DNA from: Marsupella aquatica
Taxonomy: Eukaryota > Plantae > Marchantiophyta
Assembly: GCA_973895155.1 (NCBI GenBank)
Contig: OZ316895.1
Location: 6,316,136 to 6,380,135 of the forward strand
Direction of reading: 5' to 3'
DNA: 64,000 nucleotides
Part shown: positions 12,147-26,300 of the stretch, piece after piece
Position numbering within the stretch: position 1 is the first letter of the stretch
How the letters are laid out: every line of letters starts with the position of its first letter
Program-made: the position numbers and the translations under genes
The notes under the pieces: model-generated
Told to the model about the DNA's origin: nothing
What the model saw: the letters and a program-made list of their open reading frames with translations, nothing else
The model's database searches: none

Positions 12147-13483
12147 ACTGTAATTTCCTTTCCTCCTCATCATCCCTTTACAAAATACACTTTTTGAGAG
12201 AGCTCATTATGATTGTTGGATTCAAATCATAAACTTTTCTAGTCATGAAATCTGGTAAAAGGAAGAATAAAGAAGAAATCCCAGCTTGGGGCATAGGTGC
12301 ACCTGCACCCACACCTAGACCCATGCATTGACATCCATACAAATATTCCAATCTCAAGGTCCTATGAAATTGAGTGTTCAGTTGACATGTGGCTAAAAAA
12401 TAGTAGGTGGGTCTGAAAAGAAAATCTAACTAGGCTCCACCTTACTTTAAAAGCATATGAACATAGCTTCCCCTCCATTCACATAAAGGAAAATGATATT
12501 AGGAGAACTTACACATTAGAGTTTTGAGTTGAAAAGAGACTATTTAAAGAAGAGTGAAAAAGAAGTTAAAGTCTCTTGAGAGGAGAACATTTTTTCTTAT
12601 TTTGTCTGTTCTGTCTATGAAGTATTCTTTGCAGGTTCTAATTCTTTGTTGTAACAACATCATTGACACAATGGCCACAACCAATCCGCAATAATTATTA
12701 GTTCATCTCAACAATGGAATGGTCGTAACAACAATTGTGCAACGCACAGGCAATGGGCTCATAGGTACATACTACCACTAAGTCACCCTCCCAATGACAG
12801 TCATTTTACTGAGCTAACCACCATTGAAGTCAAACAACTTATATTGATCACAATTATATCAAATTGATCTGAATTGCATTTGAGGGGTTTCTAGTACCTG
12901 GTTTTAGGTGTTATTTGATAGTTGCTAGCATATAAGGACTATTTGGGGAGGAGAGGCTATCAGGGTGATGGTGTGTTGTGTATTTGAGGGGAGCCATTTT
13001 GTGATCAAAGAGTTTGGCCAAGGACCTAGAAGGCATCAATATTCTCCTTGGTTTCAGTCGCAAAGCTCAATTACCCTACCACTTAGCTCCAACGTCCCTG
13101 ACTCCAATGTCAAGCTCCTCTATGGTCCAGGCCTCGGGACAGCCATCTGGTGGGGACTAAGTATGGGGAGCCTTTTGAGCAATGAAACATTACACTAGCA
13201 AAGGTGATGCACTGAGGTGGTGGGGCACACCGGGGCGCACACAAGGGAATTAGACTGGCGTTGGGAGCTGACCGGGTCTTGAAGACGGACCATGTGGGCC
13301 CCCGGATGGACTCTGAGTTATGAGGGCTTGAGTGAGAGCTCCTCTTGGGCCCAAGGCCAAAGAAGTTTTGTTCACGCGGAACAGATGCTTGGCGCATGAG
13401 ATACGGAGCGGGTCGGGTATAGACGTCCGGGATTTCTGGCTATGAATTCTGAAGGCTTGGGCTTGGGCATGATCACTGCGTTA

Positions 13484-13826
13484 TGTTAGGTATTTACTCA
13501 AGGTCTAGGGTTATGACATGTAACCGTAGTTAGGCTAACCATAGTCGGAGATGTGGTTAGGTTAACTAGGATGCACACTATATGCCAAGCGGTGTTTGCT
13601 TGGATAAGTGGAACTTAGGCTCATTGTTATGGTGTCATTTGAGAGATGAGGAAAGCTTACACTGTGGAGACTTGGTATAGCCGACGGGCTTAGAGTTCAA
13701 TAAAGCTCTCTTGTGTGTTCCTGTGGACGTAGCCTCAAGGAGGTGAACCACATATCTCTTGTGTCGACTACTTGCGCGTTAAATGTGTCATGTGCTTACC
13801 GTTACTAGTGTCGTCTATGCTCAACA
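13484..13826 (+). mobile_element. Solo LTR, copia family A
   Basis: TGTTAGGTATTTACTC...CTATGCTCAACA, 343 bp, TSD CGTTA on both sides, no PBS or PPT. Confidence 0.93.
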
Positions 13827-15918
13827 CGTTAGCCCAATCACAATGGGCTAAGGAACTTCACCTACGGATGTCTAACTAGAAAGTTATGGGCCTAGCAAGT
13901 TAGCTTTGTATCTAGTTGATCAGGTTGGAGTCCAGGTAGAGGACCAAAAATAGGGGACTAAAGTTTTTCCGAGGGTGGCAGGTCTCCAAAAGCATGAGGG
14001 GAGTGGCGTCTTCCAGTGGGCCAGGGGGAAGCCCAAGTCGTGAAAAGCGAGATGGTGGCACTATTAAGGAGAAATGACAAACAAAAATGTTGATATCCCC
14101 TCAACACAAAGTCCGTTGGAGAAATTCTTGGGTGCCTTGAAAGGCTCTCAAGGAAGACTACATCCTCTTGATATCAGTTGGGTTTGGGGGTACTTTTGGT
14201 CCTCATGCTTTGCAAGGGCTATCTTGCCCACTGGTTGATCCTATTGAAATAGCAATCAAGTCACATTTAGTTTTCCATGGGAGCTTGCCTTGTAGAGGCC
14301 ATGCAGAGTAGGCACGGGTGTTAAGGTCCAAGTGCATCTTTCCCTTGGACTCTCAGTTGAGTTAGACCTGTGAAGTTAGTTGCTAGAGTTGGGGCCAAAC
14401 TAGTCCCGGCGTTTGGGACAAGTTGTGGGACAAGCTAGCTATTTGGACCATGGGCATGTTGTGGAGGTAGGGCAGTAATCTGGTGATGGATGGAAAGTGG
14501 GGAAGTTTGGGTAGCACCCGATAGAAGGGCTGTTATGGACAAAGAGCGGGTGCCGACCTTAGCTTCAGCTTAAGGAAAGGTCACACGGGCCTGGATGGCT
14601 TTATCCATTGACCTACTTACTAATGACTATTGAGATTGAGTCAAGAAATTGTCTTGGGATCCAAGATTAAGGCAGGTTACTTACCGATGGGCTTGGTTGC
14701 TTGTGCAAATAGTAGGGGCTGTTGAGCGACGGTCTTGCTGAAGAGAAAGTGTGGCTTTGTGAGGGAGTTGTTGCTAGCAGTGATAGAGGCATAGAGTTGC
14801 TCGCTCATGTTGTTTTGTGGAGGCGTTCGGGCACCAAGGGTACTTAGGCCAGAGTATTGGGTTTGGTGAGGACGCTGGGTGGCGAGGTCCATGAGTGTTT
14901 CTCATTAATAATTAAAGGGTGATGATGTGTAAAACATGTATCCACAATATAATTTTAATTGTCAATATCACACACCATGACTACATGACAGAGATGGACC
15001 ACTTTAAAGTACATATCTATCACATTAGTTAAAATGGTTCATATTTATAATAACCACATAGCTGATCTCATATATACAAAACTACTCAGTTTGCGCATTG
15101 TATGGGGAAGGCTTAATTTGGCCTGGTCCGTTGATCTACTTGTTGAAATGAAGGGATGAGAGGAGGAATCCATGCCATACTCACTCTATTCATTAAAAGT
15201 GTATTTTGTTCACTTTTAGGCCCCTAAATGTTCAATTTTTGATCTCTAATTGTACACTTCTTAACACTAAATTGTACATTACAATACAATACTCTACACC
15301 TAAATGGTCAATTATAAACTTGAGGGTGCAAAAAATGTCTTTACTAGAAGAGTCTAGTCCTAGTTCATTTACAAAGGATGAACTATTGAGCATAGATGAT
15401 GATCGCAACGACAAGCCCATGAACCATCCAACGCACAATAGTCGACATAGAGAGATACGTGGTTCACCTCCACATGAGGTTACGTCCACGGGAACACACA
15501 AGAGCTTTACTGCACTCTAGGCCGACCGGCCATACCAAGCATCCACAGCACAAGCTCTCCCTATCTCTCAACTGGCTCCGTAACAATGAGCCCGAGTTCC
15601 CACTCACCAAGCAAACACCACTTGGTTATAGAGTGTCCACAACATGACTAACCTAACCAAGTCTACGACTAAGATTAGCCTTAACTACGGTACAGTCGTA
15701 ACTCTAGACCTAAGAGTAAATCCTAACAATCTCCCCCTTGACTCTGGTCTAGGGGAGGGTAAAGACTGCTACCAATATGATTGCTTAGCGGGAAGTTCTG
15801 GAAAGAAAAACCAAACCGGTTTTTCCCTCTTATACGAGAGTAGACCAGAACTAAGCCGTAGCCTATACAAGGAATGAGCAAGAGCATATCTCAGTATCTA
15901 CACAAATGTTAAATAACC

Positions 15919-18900
15919 CTACTTGTGAGGCAATTGCAAAACCTGCAACGCATCACGGTGTCTAGAAAAACTCTCCAAAGGAATCACTTTGGTAAAAGCG
16001 TCAGCCGGGTTGAGTTTACCATCAATCTTGACTAGCTCAAACATATTATCAGACACAGCTTGCCTGATAAAATGATACCTGACGTCCATATGCTTCACTC
16101 TGTTGTCCATCACCTGGTTCACAGCAAGGTAAAGCGCACTCTGACTATCACAATGGAGCTTCACATTCCCCTGTGGCAATCCCATCTCAGTGATCAGTCT
16201 ATCTAACCAAATTGCTTCCTTTGCTGCTTCTGCTGCTGCAACATACTCCGCTTCTGTAGTAGATTGAGCAATACACTTCTGCAAGGTAGACCTCCAACTT
16301 ATGCATCCACCTCCCAGTGTGAACACATAACCTGTTGTTGACCTCCTCCGATCCAGATCCTGTGCATAGTCAGCATCTACATAGCCCATCAATGATCTAG
16401 CATTATCAGCATGTGCATCAAACAGTAGACCATGATCCATGGTACCCTTCAAATACCGAATAATCCACTTCACTGCTTCCCAATGTACCTTCCCTGGATT
16501 TGACATGTACCTGCTCACCTTGCCCATAGCCATGGCAAGATCAGGTCTAGTACAAGTCATCAAATACATGAGACTCCCCACTGCCTTGTCATACAAAACC
16601 TTTGACATCAACCCCTTCTCTGTGTCATCCGTAGGACACAAAGCTGATGACAACTTGAAGTGTGGAGCCAACGGGGTACTTACTGGCTTGCTATCCCCCA
16701 TGTTGAACCTTGTAATTACCTTCCTCACATAACTACTCTGCGTCAACCATAGCTTACCAGCCTTCAAGTCCCTAGTGATCTCCATACCCAAAATTCTCTT
16801 AGCTGGCCCTAAGTCCTTCATCTTAAACTTTGCACTAAGCAGTGCCTTGAGCTTAACAATCTCAGACCTATCCTTGGCCGCAATAAGCATGTCATCCACA
16901 TAAAGTACTAAAACAATGAACCCAAAAACAACATTCTTTACCGGTTTAAGATACACACATGGGTCAAACACACTCCTGTGAAAGCCTTGTGCACGGATCC
17001 AATCATCAAACCGCTTATTCCATTATCTTGGTGACTGCTTCAACCCGTACAAGGATCTCAGCAATCTGCAAACCAAATCCTCTTGCCCTTTCTTCACAAA
17101 ACCTAGCGGTTGTCTCATGAAGATCACCTCTTCCAAGGTGCCATAGAAGAAAGTTGTGACAACATCCATCTGATCTAGCAGCAGACCAAACGTAACAACA
17201 AGCACACACAATAGCCGTATTGTTGAGTACTTAGCAATTGGTGAGAAAATCTCATTGTAATCCACACCTTTTTCCTGTGTGAATCCCTTGGCTACCAACC
17301 TAGCCTTGTAGACCTTTGATCCACCTTCCATGGACTGATCCTTCAGCTTGTATATTCACTTGCTATCCACCACTTGCTGTCCCTCAGGCAGCTTGACAAG
17401 CTCCCAAGTTTTGTTGTCCTTTAGTGACTGCATCTCCGTTTGCATTGCTGCAGTCCACTCCTGCTTCTCCTTTGAAGCACTTGCTTCATGAAATGAAGAA
17501 GGTTCCCCTTCTTCCAAGATCAACGCATCACCCTCATCATCAGTAACAAAGTCCTCATCTTGGAACTGAGATGAATCAACACACTGTCCATACCTTGGTG
17601 GAGCGCGTACAGTGCGACCAAATGTTCTTCTAGCCGATGACTCCGGTTGATCTGCGTGTGCTGGTACAATTTGAAGCTCAACAGCATCCACTTGCTGCTC
17701 ACCAGCATCAACAAACTCCTCTAGTTCCTCTGGCACAGGAACCAACTCCATAATTGGAGCAACTCTTTCTCTCCGGTCATGCACCTCATGACCAATCTCC
17801 CCCTCAACGAGATCCGGGATAGGAGATTTTCCTTTGTCAGTACGGGAGACCTGAGTATTCTTCCCCTCCTTCAATAATCTGGATTCATTGAAGGAAATAT
17901 CTCTACTGACAACGAGCTTACAGGCAATAGGATCCCATAGCCTATAGGCTTTCACACCACTCTGGTACCCAAGAAAAACACATTTCTTGGAGGTAGGATC
18001 CAACTTGGTTCTATTCTGCTTCGGTGTGAGAGCATATGTATCACTTCCAAAAACTACCAAGCCATAATAGTCTGCTTGTCGCTTATAGCGCATCTCAAAC
18101 GGCGTTTTGAATTGATAGCACTAGAAGGAGAAAGATTTACCAAATAAGCTGCGGTATTCACAGCTTTTGCCCAAAATTTAAGTGGTAAACCTGATTGGCT
18201 CAACATACTCCGTGACCGCTCCAATAGTGTCCGATTGAGCCTCTCAATGACACTATTCTGCTGTGAAGTATAAACTATGGTGAGATGGTGAGTTATCCCC
18301 TGTTCTGAAGTGTACTCCCCGCCGTTGTCTGACCTCAAACTCTTCACCCTTGTATCCAAACACTTGACTGTGTTTTCAGTCTGATTTTCCACCTGAGCCT
18401 TTCATTTTTTAAAAATGGATAAGACATAAGACTTATGCGTCATGAAATAAATCCACACAAATCTTGAGTAATCATTAATAAATGATACATAGTATAACTT
18501 TCCAGAATATGAGGGAGTCGGGGATGGATCCCACACGTCACTATGTATGTACTCAAGAACCGCTTTGGAACGATAAGTTCCAACACCGAAAGCACGACGA
18601 AGCTACTTTCCAAGAATGCAATGGTCACAGAACTCTAATTTACAAGATTGCAAATCAGAAATGAGTCCATTCTTCCGTAAGATAGCCAAATCCTTCTCAC
18701 TCATGTGACCTAACCGTGAATGCCATAGTTGAGTCATCTCCTCGTGAGACTTGGTTACATTGGCCTCTCCACATACAGTATTGCCCTGTAACACATACAA
18801 ATTCTTGTGTTTACTCCCCTTCAAAATCATTGTCTCTCCCGACCTGACTTGAAGTTCACCATCAATAACACTCCATTGATGACCATTTGAATCCAACACA

Positions 18901-19170
18901 CCAAGTGAAATCAAATTCTTACGCATGCCAAGTACATATATACCTGACTCCGGACACTGTGCGCACAGCGCCATCAATCATTTGAATCTTCATAGACCCA
19001 ATTCCCTCAATTTGATAGGAGTGATCATTTCCCATCAGAACTGAACCGTTTGAAACAGAGTAAGAACTGAAAAACTCACAAATAAAACAAATATGAAAAG
19101 AGCAAGCACAATCAAGAATTCACACATCATCTGCTACCCTAGATGACGTGCACAGGGCATACCCCCGACT
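15919..19170 (-). pseudogene. pol: Copia pol of element #2 (multiple stops/frameshifts, small deletion in integrase)
   Basis: Fragment ORFs 18603-18977, 18054-18392, 17356-18093, 17023-17331 and 15919-16971 are collinear with pol of #1. Confidence 0.93.
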
Positions 19171-20208
19171 TCATAAAACATACTCATCATTGAGTAAATC
19201 AGCTTCTCCATCAACCCTAGCCACATTTGCCGATGAAGATTCCGTTGCCTTTTCCTTACAGTTTTGCTTGAAGTGTCCAACTTGGTTGCACTTCCAACAT
19301 GTCACTTGCCTCCTCTGAGGGGATTTACCCCTGGACTTAGATCTGGCTTTAGATCTAAATTGGGTTCTACGATCCCCAGTTGGTCGCTGCATACTCCTCC
19401 CACGATTAACATTGAAGGCAGCACCAGATGATGAAGGTTGTGACGTGATGTGCATCTTTTGCTGAAAATCATCACTAAGCAGAGAACTTACCACGTCATT
19501 GTATGAAATGGTATCCCTATCACGATGCAACAACACTCGTGATAGGGATTGGTAAGATGGAGGCAATGAACTGAGAAGCTGCAGAGCCTTTGTCTCATCA
19601 TTCAAAGTCTTCCCAAGATTTTCCAAGTCAACGACCATGTCGTTGAAAGTATCCACATGGTCTTGTAACTTTGTACCGGATCCTTTCATCCTAAAACTCA
19701 TCAGTTTGTAGGAAGTGTAGAGCCTGTTCGACAACTCCTTGCGGTGATACTTGCTCTGCAATTCTGCAAACAAGGACATGCAATCCTTATGTGCAAACTA
19801 CTTGATGATGGGAGGCATGAGATAGAGTGTAACACACCATACTCCCTGCTCCTGCATGCGGTCCCATTGTTTCTCATCAACATCGTCTTCACGAGGGCTC
19901 AATAGTTGGCCCATCCCTGATGCATAGAGCACTCCCTTCACCTGCTTCTCCCATAGTAAGTAGTCAGAGCGTACATCATACTTTGTCACTTCATACTTGG
20001 GTCCCCCAAGCTTGAAAGTCCCCATCTTCTTCTTTGGCACTATTGTGAGCTCCGGTAGTAGTACTGCTTCCTCCACCATACGCCGCACCGGTGATGGTAC
20101 CGGTGTCACGTGCTCTTCCTCCTGCTCCTCTCTCTGGCCCTCAAACCGCGGCGGTGATCCTCGTGCTTCAAGTTCCACATCTTTGAAAAACTCCTCTGAA
20201 TCACTCAT
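19171..20208 (-). pseudogene. gag: Copia gag of element #2, frameshift near 19797
   Basis: ORFs 19798-20208 (MSDSEEFF...) and 19171-19779 (CWKCNQVGHFKQNC). Confidence 0.92.
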
Positions 20209-22959
20209 ATGAGAAAATCACAAAAATGTTGTTTTTCACACCTTTTCAAAAACTTGAAACTCAACACTGCCGCGTAGCCCACAAAGCTAGGAGTCCAATA
20301 CTGAAAACCGAAATCAAAATCAAAATTTGACGAAAACGTTATTCAAATTTTGGTCGGGGTGGGTAAAACCTTGGGAAACTCCCCCGTTTTGACCACCTCA
20401 AGGAATAACCGAAATACCAAGTACAACTCGTCGTCGGAATCGCAATGTGATCGGTGCGCCGCGTTGCCAACTTCAATGGCTACAACCTCGCCGAAAAAGA
20501 ATCAAAAAAGTTACCGTTCGACGGACGGAAACTTTGTCGGATGGCCGAAAAACAACTCTCTATTTTTTGGGAATATTCCCGCACTGTCCGACGGGTCTCA
20601 CAGGGGGCCGTTCCCCTTGTCTAAGCGGTTAAAATGGAGGGTCACAGGGCCCGGGATGCGGCACAACCAATGAGGAGGAGGAGAAAATAAATAAATTAAA
20701 AAAAGCACTTTAAAGGGGTCTTAAAGCCCCTGGAAAAGGCGCACATATTCGCGGCCACGCGCGCATATTCGCGACTAGAATCGTGTATAAACTGCCAAAA
20801 AACGTGAAAAAACGGGTTTAAAGAGGTCAAAATGCGCGTATTTTTATGTATTCGGGCCGTATAAGGGCGTTGTGGGCCGTATTTTCACCAGAAAAAGCAC
20901 ATTTTCATGCTTAGAGGGGTGTGGGAGGCCGGGGCGCGCGCTGGGGCATATGGCAAAGTAGGTTTGTCGGGATTTGAAGGTATACAGGCCGTATAGGGGC
21001 AAAACAATGCCCTAAACTAACCTTAAAATATGCCAAAAAATGACACAAAGGCCGTGTTACAAACCTCAGGTGCCTCCGCTTCGGTTTCCAATGAGAAAAG
21101 TGATGACCGCTGACATGAAATTTTGCCGAATTGCACCGGCACGTCTGCAGCTCCACCAGAGAAGAGAAAACCTCCGCCGTGTCTTACTCTCTCCGCGTCA
21201 AGGGCCAATCCCAGACTCAAAACGATTGCCTCACCACGATCTCTCCGTTGAGCCTCAACAATTCGCGTTTCTTCCTCCGAGTCAAGCGTCACGACAAGTA
21301 ATCCGGTTCAGGGAAAAACAAGCACCATAGCTTGTCAAAAAACCAGAACTCAACTTTCACTCGTCACGACGCACTCGCTCCACAAACGCCAGCAAACCAG
21401 GTACCAAAACGACCAGCTCGCTTCAACCTTCAACTTGAGCTATAACATGCGATGCCTCCCGCACCGCATAGCTCACACCGTTGAAAAAACAATCTCTAGT
21501 CTCTCTCCCAAAATCCCGTCGAACAGGAATAAACCCTGAACAACACAAACTTCAATTCCTCCGCACCACGGATACCGATCAGCAAGTTCTAACCACCGTT
21601 AGAAAGCCCTCTCACTAACCTATTTGCTCAGCCACACACGTTCAAGTTTCATGCGACGAAACCCCGAATGCAACACCAACAATGAACGCTGGAAAACCGT
21701 CACAAAAAAACCTTGTCACCTCCCAGGCATGCTCTGATACCATTTGTTGAGCATAGACGACGATCGCAACGGCAAGCCCATGAACCATCCAACGCACAAT
21801 AGTCGACACAGAGAGATACGTGGTTCACCTCCACATGAGGCTACGTCCACGGGAACACACAAGAGCTTTACTGCACTCTAGGCCGACCGGCCATACCAAG
21901 CATCCACAGCACAAGCTCTCCCTATCTCTCAACTGGCTCCGTAACAATGAGCCTGAGTTCCCACTCACCAAGCAAACACCGCTTGGTTATAGAGTGTCCA
22001 CAACATGACTAACCTAACCAAGTCTATGACTAAGGTTAGCCTTAACTACGGTACAATTGTAACTCTAGACCTAAGAGTAAATCCTAACATGAACATGGTG
22101 GTATATGTAATGGCCATGACATATGTTTCTTGCCAAAATGTACACTTTTTGAAAGCCTTTTTGTACACTTCATGTGTCTCACATGTTCATAAATCAAATA
22201 TTAATTCACTTTTAATGGATAGGCGCCGCAAGTGATGCACTAGTACACAATAGGGAACCAGAATACAAACTCACCCCCACTTCTTCTTTCTTACTTAGAT
22301 GCCCAGAAACAAGGAGAATTTTGAAGTCATTTTTCTGGATTGGCAAACCTGACGAGGATCTTGTCTAAGGGAGAAACCCTAACAAGTTATGGTTTAACTA
22401 GAAAGGGCGACTTCTGAGGTTGACAATGGACATGTGTTGGCATTGAACTGAAAATAATGAGAATAAAATTTCTCCATGCTTTCTTCCTCTTCAATGTTGC
22501 ATACCAAATTGTTCTATGCCTTTTAAAAACACTTTGTATGGAAATATCAGAGACAAGCCATAGAGAAAACACTTTGTAAAAACACTTTGTAAAAACACTT
22601 TGTACAAACCATGGAGAACTACAACCTTTGTCTAGAGAAATTCCATCTAGACCACATGCGGCATTTGGCTTTGATGGAATGCACTCAGCAGGGCATTCCA
22701 TGTTCAATCCTAAAATACTTATAGACTACAGTATTCTGCCTATGGGATATTTGATCAGGAATGGTGATTTGACAAAAATCAAAGCATAGGTGACATATTG
22801 GGAGACAAGATACCTTAAGCAGGAGACCCAATAAATAGGAGAAATCAAGGAAGAAACCCCAGAAGACCAGAGAGCCAGGAGTCCCCAACAAGAGTCCCCC
22901 ACAACCAAAAAGTACTTACCCATTTATACCTCGCACGGTCACTCATGTTAAATTGACAG

Positions 22960-23320
22960 AGTCCCAAATAGGTGCTTTACCGCTTGTGACCAATGACCAG
23001 AACTTATACTTTTGGGCCATGGAAGTTTTTGCGGACCAGTTTGAGATGTCCGCAAACCTCAAGTGAGAGACTCCCAATGCAAATAGATGGTTTACCACTT
23101 CTGACCCAATGACCAGAACTGATACTTTTGGGCCCGGAAAGGTATTGTGGACCAGTTTGAGATGTCCTATTTGGAGGTCCTCAATCCTCAAGTGAGAGAC
23201 TCCCAAGTCGATGGTTGACCACTTCTGACCAATGACCAAACTGAAACTGTTGGACTGGAAAATTTTGAGAACCAGTTTGAGATGTCCCACTAGGAGGTCC
23301 TCAAACCTCTGGGTTTTGGC
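22960..23320. repeat. Three degenerate ~115-120-bp tandem units
   Basis: ACC.CTT.TGACC.AATGACCA.AACT...ACCAGTTTGAGATGTCC...CCTC repeated three times. Confidence 0.7.
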
Positions 23321-26300
23321 TCCAGTCACACAGGTTATCCAGAAAGTAATGTGGCAGACTCCTACCACTTGTGACTATGGTCTCTAAGAGGGACAAGAAC
23401 TGGGCAAGAGTTTTGTTTTTCAAATGTGCGAGATGCCATTCAAATATGGAACAGAAACTTCCACCAAAGTTTATAAATTAGGGGAAAAAACAAAGTACAA
23501 TGAAAGGAAAGGAAAAGAGGTCCAAAGAGAACTAACTCCAAACAAGGAAAAATAAAAGGTCACACCTCACATGACAAAGTTGGGGAGCAAGGTCAGCTTC
23601 TATTCAAGGTATCGCATTTATTATCACCAAACCCGACACATTTTGGCTCAGTCAATTTAACTTTATTGTATGAAACTTACCGTCAGCTTTGCTTGGGATA
23701 GAGAGACACTGAAGAGCCTCCACCACCTTGTAAAGTCCCCCTACTCACTTTTGGACTTTGGATAGAGACTAGAGAGACACTGAACGGCCTCCACCATCTG
23801 TGTAAGGCCTCGCCTACTCACTTTTGGACTGGGGATCTTTTTGCAGCCCTTCAGGTTTTGGAAGGGGGATCTTTCTGCAACGCTTCGGGTTTGAGACACC
23901 TTACTGTAGCGAACCTGACTGTTTGGAGCTAGTAGACTGTAGTGCTTACTTGACTTTCACAGCTACTTCACTGTAGTACTTACTCGACTGTTCACCGTGG
24001 CAAAAAGTGGAGCTGTGGACAAGCTGATTGCAACAACGTGACGTAGAGTTTGGCCTGGGTGATTTTGCCAAGGTCGTTTTTGGTTGTGACGTTGTTGAAT
24101 GACGATACACGCTGACGAATGGAGAGACATTCGAAGGTACGGAGTACAAGATATTTTGGAGGGGATTGTGATATCGTACAAAGCCAAAGAATCCCACTGT
24201 TGAAACGCTGATGAAAGCCGGGGGAATCTAGGAGACAAGATTATAGTAGTGAAGGTCGGGAAATGAATTTTGTGGCTGAAACTAGTCTAATTCTTTGCCT
24301 TGCGTTCTCATTCCTGAATCCTGCTTGGCGGGCTGTGCAAGAGCCAGTCACTTGTGGGCAAATGGCTCCTCACTTACCTTCCTAAGCCCTGCAATCTTGA
24401 ACAGTCGTCTGCAATTATTGAAACAGTTCGCTTGCGATTCAGCTGTTGCCACAGTAGCGCACTGGGGCCCTGGGAATAAAATCCATAGGGAGTCTCAATC
24501 TTTGTACCTCTCCTTAGTAGTCTGAGTTAGTGACAGCAAAACATGTGGCTGAAACTACACCTGGGATGGGTTTTGGGCATAGAGGAGCATTAACTTTGAG
24601 AGGGCTGGTTGCTATCTCGCAAAAATGCTCGGGCAAAAAAGTGTGATCGCCAACTTGATGTCCTGCACATCTTAAGTGCATCCGGCACTGCAAAGTTTCA
24701 TGGTTGCCAACTTGGTGTACCGCACATCTTAAGTCTGCATCCTGCACTGCAAAGTTTCAGCCTGACTAAAAGCCCAAATCTCTTAACATTAGAGAGGTCC
24801 TAATGGATCAAGCTACCTTGAATGGGTTTATTGAGTGTTCAGTCTGGTTCTCAAATTTGCAGTCCCGAATCCGACGTTCCACAAAAGACAAACGAGAAGT
24901 TTAAACAACAGTACCCACGTAAATCAAATGAGATAAGCACAGCAATATACTTAGAATACCTTGAGCATCAATCCTGGAAAGAGAACCATGATTGGGCAGG
25001 ATCGGCACCATCATTCTGCGTACTGTGAACTGTGAACCATGGCCCTCTTGGTAGGTCCAGCTACAGTTACTGCCTGTTCGGATGTGCTTTGAACGGTTAA
25101 ACTATTGTGCACGTCATACTTCGAACCAAATCGGATGGGGAAGGATCTAGACCATTCTTCTCGAATATCGATCCTGCGCAATCGAAAAGTGATACGGTCA
25201 ATGGAAGGACACAGAGAGAGTAGCTTTCCAGAGAAAAGACCAGAGTACAATCCAGTACAGTCAACCCAAATTTTTTCCAACTTTGAATGTGGTTCTACCC
25301 ACACTTCACGAGAATCCGGACTATTTGGCAGCCATGCACGCCTGGCAATGTTGTTAATGTTGGCACAGACGGATAAAATTCAGGCAGACACCCTGCTTGA
25401 GATTGTGCTATCACTTTTTTTAGACGGGACGTTGGCTCTCACCCCCTCCTCTTAAAGGTCAACTAATTTGGTAGAACCAGTTGGGTCCCACATTTAGATG
25501 CCGCCTTCCCTTTTCTAAAATGCCTACTTCCTATTTTTCTAATGTCAAAAATCTATTTTTTTTCATGAAGCTTGTAATGGAAATCTTATTTTCTGCCATG
25601 GACGACCACCCCTACCATTGGGCAAAGCTTGCTAACATCATTAATATCTAGAAAATCTTGCATTGATGTGAATCCGCACACCATAAATAAAGCTGAACAA
25701 TCTGAACACAAACACTTTGAAGTCTTGCTTGCACATCAAAAAGTGGCAAGTCACATACATTTTTTTAGAAAAACTATGGCAGGTTTCAGTAGAATACTCA
25801 GATTTATCATGGTATGGAATGGTTAGTACAATTTGTATTTTCACTTTTTGCTATGCAATTACCGGGCAGGAATCTTCACCTGGTGCACTGAGCCGCTGAG
25901 CGTGTGATCATGAGCAACATAAAATGATGGGGACTTAATAAACAAGTTTTCCAAGGACCCTCGTGCAGAATCTAGTCTTTACTTTCTCTGACTTCGATGT
26001 CGAGGTGGCCCTCCTCCTCCTCCCCCCCTCGCTCACATCTGTCGTAATTATTTAAGCTGTCCTGCACCCGCCTCCTGTGCGCACTCGATGGTGTCGGTTA
26101 GTACGTTTTCTGAATACGCGGCTACTTTCCATTTCCGGCCCTACCCTTCCCAGGATGCCCCCCCTGGCCACTGCTGTTGCGGGCGTTGTCAGTTCACTCA
26201 GTTGTAATGAAGCTCTGGAGAAAAAACAAATGTTGGCGCATAGGTAACATCTGGCCGTCAGATGACTATAAATTCAAAAATTAATGGACGCTTGACAAAT

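Larger units (their letters stand above)
15384..22089 (-). mobile_element. Full-length but decayed Ty1/copia element #2 (family A)
   Basis: 345-bp LTRs (15384-15728, 21745-22089; about 12 differences, all transitions), TSD TGAAC, PBS at 21731-21742, PPT next to the left LTR. Coding region closely similar to copy #1. Confidence 0.97.

Noticed and set aside
12900-14900. Possible old retroelement remnants here and at 27300-29900
   Set aside because: They look like decayed coding sequence but no diagnostic motif could be recovered, so they are left uncalled.
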